From a virus: a stretch of DNA of 64,000 nt. This document shows positions 57,615 through 64,000 of the stretch, piece by piece. The first letter of the stretch is position 1. Every line of letters begins with the position of its first letter. The notes below the pieces were generated by a model. The model had not been told where the DNA came from. It did no database searches and saw only the letters and a list, made by a program, of their open reading frames with translations. A program made the position numbers and the translations under genes. Where the stretch lies: positions 32,001-96,000 of the IMG/VR virus record IMGVR_UViG_3300042013_000045; one strand, given 5' to 3'.

Positions 57615-58019
57615 TTATCTCTTTCCCCCGAAAGAATCTGGTATCAGACCGGTGTCCTTGTACTCTTTAAGGAACTCGATGACCTGAGTGGTGGTATTGA
57701 TCATTTGCTCAAAGGCCTCCAGCGCCTCATCCAGTGCCTTCTGGTGCTTGTGCACTTGTGGGCTATAGATGAGGTTCTCCAAAGCCCCCATGGCGTGCAA
57801 GGTAGCCAGGTAGCTCATCTTGTCGACGAGTAGCAGCAGATGGGCTTGGCGCAGCCCTTGTACCATCTCATCTAACTCAGGGACGGTCTTCTTCTGCCAG
57901 TTCGGTAGGTCTAGTACCAACGGCTTCACTGTCTGGAGATTAGTGAAGCAGTTCTCGTAAGCGGCTAAGCGTCTAGCGGTGTTTTCCTGTATAGCGCGTA
58001 TCCACTGCGGTAGGTACAT
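57615..58019 (-). CDS. Hypothetical protein
   Basis: 134 aa, GGAG RBS. Confidence 0.65.
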   Translation of the reverse strand: MYLPQWIRAIQENTARRLAAYENCFTNLQTVKPLVLDLPNWQKKTVPELDEMVQGLRQAHLLLLVDKMSYLATLHAMGALENLIYSPQVHKHQKALDEALEAFEQMINTTTQVIEFLKEYKDTGLIPDSFGGKR

Positions 58020-58084
58020 ATTCCTGCTCCCTTCAAGTCTTAGAATTAGTCTGCGCTATTAATTTTTACTGTCTATCTAAAGCA

Positions 58085-58104
58085 GTAATGTAGGGTTGAG
58101 TTTT
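58085..58104 (-). promoter_or_regulatory. Candidate early/middle promoter
   Basis: Minus strand aaaactcaaccctacattac at the head of a minus-strand operon. Confidence 0.5.
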
Positions 58105-58237
58105 AGTTGAATGTACCATAAATGTCGGTTTTTGAGGAGTCCATTTTTTAGTAACTAGAAGGCCCCTAATTATGTGCATAGAGAAAAAGATACCCCAACA
58201 CATTTAGCTGCAACAGACCAGACATCGGAGTCAACGA

Positions 58238-60565
58238 ATGAATATTGAGACCATCTCCACCGCGAAGAACATGTTATCTGAATCGAAGTTTTTCATGGGT
58301 TACTCGCGATGGGATGAGAACCTGGGTCGCTACGAAGACTGGAACGAAGCCGTCGAGCGCGTCATGAACATGCACCGTCAGAAGTACGCGCATGTGATGA
58401 CCCCAGAATTGGAAGGCTACATCGCCTTCGCTGAACAAGCGTACAAAGAGAAAGCTGTGCTGGGGAGCCAGCGTGCACTGCAATTCGGCGGTGAACAGAT
58501 CTTCAAACACGAATCGCGTCTGTACAACTGCTCGGCTGCGTACGTCGACCGTCCTCGTTTCTTCCAGGAAGCCATGTACCTGCTGCTGTGCGGTTGCGGC
58601 GTGGGCTTCTCCGTACAAAAGCAGCACGTTGCCAAGCTGCCTCCACTGCGTGCTGTCGATCGTAAAGACTCGATGGTATACACCGTGCCAGATTCGATTG
58701 AAGGTTGGTCTGACGCGTTCGGCGTGCTGCTCTCGTCCTACTTCGTTGGCGGCGGTGAGTTCCCTGAATACGAAGGCAAGACCGTCCACTTCGACGTCAG
58801 CCAGATCCGTCCGCGTGGCGCACTGATCTCCGGCGGCTTTAAAGCCCCTGGCTCGAAAGGGCTGGTTAGCTCTCTTGAGATGTGCCGTCAGCTGCTCGAG
58901 CGTGAAACCGCTAACACCGGTTACATCAGCCAAGAGTTCAGCGAAGGCGTTGAAATCGGCACTACTCAGAAATACAACAGCATCGCCATGCGTCCTATCG
59001 TGGCTTACGACTTCGTCATGCACATGGCTGACGCTGTTCTGTCCGGCGGTATCCGTCGCGCTGCCTGCATCGCTCTGTTCGGCAAAGACGACGACGAGAT
59101 GATGAAGGCCAAGACTGGCGACTGGTTCATCGACAACGCTCAGCGTGGCCGTTCGAACAACTCCGTCATTCTGATCCGTGATGAACTGACCCGTGAAGAA
59201 TGGGCAGAGATCATGAAGTCGGTTAAAGACTTCGGCGAGCCAGGTTTCATCTTCGCTGATGACCTCGACGCTCTGTTCAACCCGTGCGTGGAAATCGGCC
59301 TGCGTGGTTACACCGAAGATGGTCGCTCTGGCTTCCAGAAGTGCAACCTGACCGAAACCAACGGCGCGTATTGCACCAGCCGTGAGAAGATGATGTACGC
59401 CACCAAAGCCGGGGCCATCTTGGGCACTCTGCAAGCGGGCTACACCAACTTCAGTTACCTCGACCAAGCCACTGCTGACATCACTGAGCGTGAAGCACTG
59501 CTCGGCGTCTCCATCACTGGCTGGATGACCAACCCGGACGTCCTGTTCAACGAAGACAACGCTCGTGATGCTGCTCGTCAAGCCGTTGCAGTGAACAAGG
59601 TCGTTGCCAAGCTGCTGGGTATCCGTCCTGCTGCTCGTGTAACCACCGCTAAGCCTTCGGGCAATGCGTCGGTACTGCTGGGCTGTGCATCGGGCATCCA
59701 CGGTGACCACGCGAAGCGCTACTTCCGTAACGTGCAGATGACCAACCAGGATGCCGTGACCCTGTTGATCGATCAGACCAACCCGAAAATGGTTGAACTG
59801 TCGGCCTGGAGCAAGTCTGGCACTGACGTGGTGGTATCGTTCCCTATCGTCGCTGGCGAAGGTACGATCTTCAAACACGAACTGTTGGGCGTGAAGCAAC
59901 TTGAATACGTGAAGAAGGCTCAAGAGATCTGGATCAACAATGGCCGTAACGATGAAGCTACCGTTGCCCCATGGCTGAGCCACAACATCTCCAACACCAT
60001 CACCGTTGATGACTGGGCTGAAGTAGAGCAGTACATCTTCGACAACCGTCAGAGCTTCGCCGGTATCAGCCTGTTGTCCGCAGCTGGCGATCGTGCGTAC
60101 GTTCAGGCTCCGTTCACCGAAGTCTTCACTGCTCAGCAACTGCTGGACATGTACGGTGAAGCAGCCATGTTCGCTTCGGGTCTGGTAGTCGATGGTTGCC
60201 ATGCATTCAACCACCTGTGGGAAGCGTGCGACACTGCGATGGGCTTTGGCGTCACTCTCGATGAAGAAGACTCGAAAGACCTGACTCGTCGTGACTGGGT
60301 GCGTCGTGCCAAGAAGTTTGCCAAGCAGTACTTCAACGGCGACCTGGGCAAGATGTCCTTCTGCCTGAAAGATGCCCACAACCTGCACAAGTGGGAATCG
60401 ATCACTCGCAACCTGACACCAGTGGACTTCACTGTGGAGTTGACCCAACAGGTCTACACCGAAGTGGACACCATGGGTGCTCAAGGGTGCGCTGGTGGTG
60501 CGTGTGAAGCTCCTGAGTGGTTGGTTAAGGCAGCAGACGCTCATGCGGCGGCTACTCTGTCGTGA
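58238..60565 (+). CDS. nrdJ: Class II (adenosylcobalamin-dependent, monomeric type) ribonucleotide reductase
   Basis: YNC, GCGVGFSV, DSIEGW, GIRRAA, NPCVEI, CNLTE, KPSG, Y.QAPF, C-terminal CAGGAC; no class I YY pair and no adjacent beta subunit. Confidence 0.85.
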   Translation: MNIETISTAKNMLSESKFFMGYSRWDENLGRYEDWNEAVERVMNMHRQKYAHVMTPELEGYIAFAEQAYKEKAVLGSQRALQFGGEQIFKHESRLYNCSAAYVDRPRFFQEAMYLLLCGCGVGFSVQKQHVAKLPPLRAVDRKDSMVYTVPDSIEGWSDAFGVLLSSYFVGGGEFPEYEGKTVHFDVSQIRPRGALISGGFKAPGSKGLVSSLEMCRQLLERETANTGYISQEFSEGVEIGTTQKYNSIAMRPIVAYDFVMHMADAVLSGGIRRAACIALFGKDDDEMMKAKTGDWFIDNAQRGRSNNSVILIRDELTREEWAEIMKSVKDFGEPGFIFADDLDALFNPCVEIGLRGYTEDGRSGFQKCNLTETNGAYCTSREKMMYATKAGAILGTLQAGYTNFSYLDQATADITEREALLGVSITGWMTNPDVLFNEDNARDAARQAVAVNKVVAKLLGIRPAARVTTAKPSGNASVLLGCASGIHGDHAKRYFRNVQMTNQDAVTLLIDQTNPKMVELSAWSKSGTDVVVSFPIVAGEGTIFKHELLGVKQLEYVKKAQEIWINNGRNDEATVAPWLSHNISNTITVDDWAEVEQYIFDNRQSFAGISLLSAAGDRAYVQAPFTEVFTAQQLLDMYGEAAMFASGLVVDGCHAFNHLWEACDTAMGFGVTLDEEDSKDLTRRDWVRRAKKFAKQYFNGDLGKMSFCLKDAHNLHKWESITRNLTPVDFTVELTQQVYTEVDTMGAQGCAGGACEAPEWLVKAADAHAAATLS

Positions 60566-60765
60566 CCGAACGAATGGCGGTACTCCAACAAGTACGTCAA
60601 TCAGTGTCAACCCACGACTGTCCTCAATGCAAAGGGCCAGCGTACTGCGCTATGGAGGCTGGTAAGTCAGCCAACTTGTGTTGGTGCATGGAAGTTACAG
60701 CAAAGACTGTAGCGGACGCGGATCAATGCTTGTGTAAGACTTGTTTGAAACCAGTGACTCCTTAG
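60562..60765 (+). CDS. Cysteine-rich CWC-family small protein
   Basis: CPQC....C........CWC...CLCKTCL; GTGA overlap with nrdJ. Confidence 0.7.
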   Translation: MTERMAVLQQVRQSVSTHDCPQCKGPAYCAMEAGKSANLCWCMEVTAKTVADADQCLCKTCLKPVTP

Positions 60766-60773
60766 TACGATAA

Positions 60774-60813
60774 GCATAAATGCGACGGGGTTTTCCTCGT
60801 CGCATTTATGCCG
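60774..60813 (+). terminator. Hairpin ending TATGCCG
   Basis: gcataaatgcgacg/cgtcgcatttatgc. Confidence 0.7.
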
Positions 60814-60870
60814 TTATCCTATGTGCAGTTAAAAAATTACCTGCATGATACTCCACACGAGGAATGAAAC

Positions 60871-61398
60871 ATGAGCACCTTTGCTGCTAAATCCGGTCGT
60901 GGCCTGTTGCTGGCTGCTATCAACGCTGCCGCTCTCGGCGGCGTGTCCTTCGTCGACGAAGATCTGGTCTTCGTTGCTCCAGTTGTTGTGGAAGGCGAAG
61001 TCTACGACACCAAAGTCGTCTACTCGGCCCCAGCGCGCTACAGTGGCGACGCTGAAGCTCATTTCAACCGCCTTGATCTGGAAGGCATCTTCACTGCTGC
61101 CGGGATCACCGAAGTCAAAGTCCGTGCCGAAGCTGTAACCGGTACTTCGACCGCTGACGTGGTTACCGCACTGAATGCTCGCTACGGCCTGCAATTCGAC
61201 GAGACCGACATCGTTATCGAAGAGTTCGCCTCAGGTGCCGAATCGGTAATCTTGAAGGCTGCTCCGGGTTCGTTCGCGTATGCTGGTGAGCTGATCGTTG
61301 CTCTGCCGGTTGCTGTTGAACCTCTGAACGAGCAGGTTAACCCAGAACTGGGAAACCTTGAATCGCCGGCTCCAGTAGATAGCGAAGCCGGCGCGTAA
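60871..61398 (+). CDS. Probable virion protein
   Basis: FNRLDL..F..LNARYGLQFDETD..SFAYAGEL; same domain as the 34314-36764 genes. Confidence 0.6.
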   Translation: MSTFAAKSGRGLLLAAINAAALGGVSFVDEDLVFVAPVVVEGEVYDTKVVYSAPARYSGDAEAHFNRLDLEGIFTAAGITEVKVRAEAVTGTSTADVVTALNARYGLQFDETDIVIEEFASGAESVILKAAPGSFAYAGELIVALPVAVEPLNEQVNPELGNLESPAPVDSEAGA

Positions 61399-61419
61399 GT
61401 AACCCAGCAATAGGGGAAG

Positions 61420-61893
61420 ATGATGGGTGATCAAAACCTACCAGTCTCGATTGCCCAGCTCGATCCGCTTGAACTGGAACTGTTGTCTGGGGACGAGAGC
61501 ATCGAGATCACGATCTCGACTCGCCCTGATGGGGGTGGTACGGGGAAGAAGACTTTCCGTACCACCCTCAACAACGTCCTCGGTATTTACGCACGTCGGA
61601 AGGATAACCCGAACGACGTAACCGCCGAGCAGGTTGGCTCATTTACAATCGAGCAGATGACAGCGATCCTCAAGGAGAAGCTGGGTGTCGACGAAGTTGC
61701 TGTCAACTCGCTAAGACTTGGCGGTAGCACCAAAGAACAAATCATTGAAGAAGCACGGTCAGGGACGGTCAACGACTCTAACAACCTTGGCGGTCTGCCA
61801 GCAGCAGATTACGTCCTCAACTCCGAGCTTTCCAGCGCGTTTGAAAAGATGGCACAGTCTTTCGATGAAATGACTGTGAACATTAGCACCTAA
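61420..61893 (+). CDS. Short fibre-related protein
   Basis: ARRKDNPNDVTAEQVG and NS.RLGG/DS.NLGG modules shared with the fibres. Confidence 0.55.
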   Translation: MMGDQNLPVSIAQLDPLELELLSGDESIEITISTRPDGGGTGKKTFRTTLNNVLGIYARRKDNPNDVTAEQVGSFTIEQMTAILKEKLGVDEVAVNSLRLGGSTKEQIIEEARSGTVNDSNNLGGLPAADYVLNSELSSAFEKMAQSFDEMTVNIST

Positions 61894-61912
61894 ACCCTCC
61901 AAGGTAGAGATC

Positions 61913-64000
61913 ATGAACCTGACTCCCGAAAAACTTGCTTCGCTGCTTCAATCTATTGCAGCTTTCAACACCGCGCTGAAAACCCAACTGGGTCTGAAAC
62001 TCGGTATCAACGAGAAAGCTGGTGACACCTCCAAGTTCGACGGCAAGACCCTTGCCGAAGTCACCGCAGAAATCAATGCCGCCACTGGCGTTGAGCTCGA
62101 TGCGCTGGAACTGATCGTTAACACTTTCATCGCACGTCGTGATAACCCGCACGTCGTCACTAAAGCTCAGGTTGGTCTGGGTCTGGTGGATAACTTCGGT
62201 ACCGCCACTGGCGCTGAAGTCGTTACCGGTACCGCTGCTGACAAGTTCGTGACTCCTGCCGGTATCGCTGCGTTCTGGGCTGATAAAGTAGGCGCTGCCC
62301 CAGGTACCCTGGATACCATCGCTGAGATCGCTGCTGCCCTGCAAGACAACCCCGACGTTATCGATCAGATCCTGACCGGTCTGGGTAACAAGTTGGACAA
62401 GACCGCTCAAGCGGCTGACACCGTTCTCTTCGGTGGCTTCACTCTGGCCGAAGTTATCGCCCAAGCCAACGATGGCGTTGACCTCAGTCAAGTGCTGTTG
62501 AAGTCGGACGACCTCGGCGCAAGCAAGGTTGACGTTACTGGCGATGAACCTGGCACTGGTCTGACCCTGAAGCTGCACTTGGAAGGTATCGCTACCGACC
62601 TGGCTGCCGGCGTTACTGCAACTGAAGCCGCTCAAGCCGATGCTGACGCTGCACAAGTCGCTGCCGATGCCGCCTCTACTCTGGCCGGCACCAAGTTGGG
62701 CGCTACTGCTCAGGCTGTTGACTCGGCTAAGCTGGAAGGCAAGACTCTGGCTGAAGTTGTTGCTCTGGCACAAGACGGCGTTGATCTGGGCAATGTTGTT
62801 CAGAAAGACGACGACTTCTCCACTTACAAAGTTGGCGTTGATACTTTCGCCACTCTGTTCGCTGGTGTGCAGACTGACCTCGACGCACTGGAAGCCCTCA
62901 TTCCTGAGAAAGCTTCTCTGGCTGACGTCACCGCAGGTACCGACGACGCAAAATTCGTCACCGTTATCGGCGTTAAGCAAGCTGCTTCTGACGCTATCGA
63001 TGCCCTCATCGACGGCGCTCCTGATGCACTGAACACCCTGAACGAACTGGCTGTTGCACTGGCTGACCAGAACGACGCAGTTGCTGCAATCGTCTCGTCC
63101 CTGGCTGATAAGCTGGGCAAGCTGGAAACCGCTGCTGACTCCACCATGTTCGCCGGCAAGACCCTTGCCCAGTTCCTGACTGACGCGACCGCTGCCACCC
63201 ACGTCATCACCGATCCACTGCAAGCACGTATTGTTGCGCTGGAAGAAGCTACCGGCGGTGAAGGTGATTTCCTGAAGTCTACCAGCGACCTGGGTCTCAA
63301 CCCAGTAGCACTGACTTCGGACGGCGTAGAGCCAGCCAAGACCCTGAAAGTACACCTGGAAGGCGTTGAAGCTGATCTGGCTACTGGCGTTACTGCCACT
63401 GCTGCTGCTCAACAAGCCGCTGATGACGCCGCTGCCGCTGCACTGACTGCTGACGGTAAAGCCGTTACTGCACAGGCCGCTGCTGACGGTGCTCAAGCTG
63501 CTGCTGATGCTCTGGCAACCAGCAAGCTGGACGTTACCGGTATCGCTGCTGATTCCGATAAACTGGCCGGTCTGAGCCTGACTCAGATCCTGAGCCAGAT
63601 CCGCGGTGGTGAAGTTCAAACCATCCAGGCCGTACAAGACGCTCTCGATGCTTACATCGCGACCGCTCCTGTCTCCCTGACCAAAGCCACTGGCGCTGAA
63701 GCTATCGCCGGTACCGACGACGCGAAGTACATCACTGCTCTGGCCCTCAAAGCCAAAGTTGACGATGCCATCGCTCAACTGGTTGATGGTGCGCCAACTG
63801 CACTCGACACTCTGAAAGAACTGGCTGACAAGCTGGCCACCGACGGTGATGCACTTGCCGCCCTGGTCACCACTGTCGACGGTAAACTCGGTAAACTCGA
63901 GCAAGCAGCTGACTCCCTGAAACTGAACGGCAAGACCCAGGCCGAGCTGACTGCTAGCGAAGCTGAAGTAACAGCCGGTGTCGTTACTGACAAGTTCGTC
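61913..64000 (+). CDS. Long Ala/Asp-rich tail-fibre-like protein (runs off window)
   Basis: Hand translation MNLTPEKL...; RRDNPHVVTKAQVGLG, three (G/A)AP..L(D/N)T(L/I).E(L/I)A..L motifs, repeated DS.KL.GKT and T.GTDDAK modules. Confidence 0.75.
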   Translation, partial: MNLTPEKLASLLQSIAAFNTALKTQLGLKLGINEKAGDTSKFDGKTLAEVTAEINAATGVELDALELIVNTFIARRDNPHVVTKAQVGLGLVDNFGTATGAEVVTGTAADKFVTPAGIAAFWADKVGAAPGTLDTIAEIAAALQDNPDVIDQILTGLGNKLDKTAQAADTVLFGGFTLAEVIAQANDGVDLSQVLLKSDDLGASKVDVTGDEPGTGLTLKLHLEGIATDLAAGVTATEAAQADADAAQVAADAASTLAGTKLGATAQAVDSAKLEGKTLAEVVALAQDGVDLGNVVQKDDDFSTYKVGVDTFATLFAGVQTDLDALEALIPEKASLADVTAGTDDAKFVTVIGVKQAASDAIDALIDGAPDALNTLNELAVALADQNDAVAAIVSSLADKLGKLETAADSTMFAGKTLAQFLTDATAATHVITDPLQARIVALEEATGGEGDFLKSTSDLGLNPVALTSDGVEPAKTLKVHLEGVEADLATGVTATAAAQQAADDAAAAALTADGKAVTAQAAADGAQAAADALATSKLDVTGIAADSDKLAGLSLTQILSQIRGGEVQTIQAVQDALDAYIATAPVSLTKATGAEAIAGTDDAKYITALALKAKVDDAIAQLVDGAPTALDTLKELADKLATDGDALAALVTTVDGKLGKLEQAADSLKLNGKTQAELTASEAEVTAGVVTDKFV

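Noticed and set aside
58274-63904. Antisense ORFs of 778 aa and 673 aa
   Set aside because: Shadows of nrdJ and of the plus-strand fibre gene starting at 61913

Overview
A 64-kb segment of a phiKZ-related jumbo myophage genome, probably infecting a Pseudomonas-like host. The assignment rests on motif reading and recalled phiKZ gene order; no searches were run. Core genes recognised: SbcC-like ATPase, central spike and PAAR tip, several NPH-repeat tail-fibre proteins, endolysin, portal-like protein, RuvC-like resolvase, non-virion RNA polymerase subunit, major capsid protein, DnaB-like helicase, DHH phosphoesterase, dCTP deaminase and a class II (B12-dependent) ribonucleotide reductase. Two minus-strand blocks of small early-type genes lie behind a repeated TCA-N4-TACATT motif. 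The standout is a ~11.9-kb co-oriented cluster (12172-24052) between a tail-fibre gene and the endolysin. It encodes six radical-SAM proteins (four with SPASM-like Cys tails, two divergent paralogues), four Fe(II)/2OG-oxygenase or cupin proteins and five unknown ORFs. It also encodes a 178-aa protein lacking Lys and Glu that ends in CHTSCHDNCHCARGRR. I read this as a phage-encoded RiPP-like modification system whose substrate may be a virion (fibre-tip) protein; that function is inference. A second unexplained signal is a family of intergenic hairpins ending in a conserved TATGCCG instead of a U-tract. No tRNA, rRNA, CRISPR array or transposase was seen.
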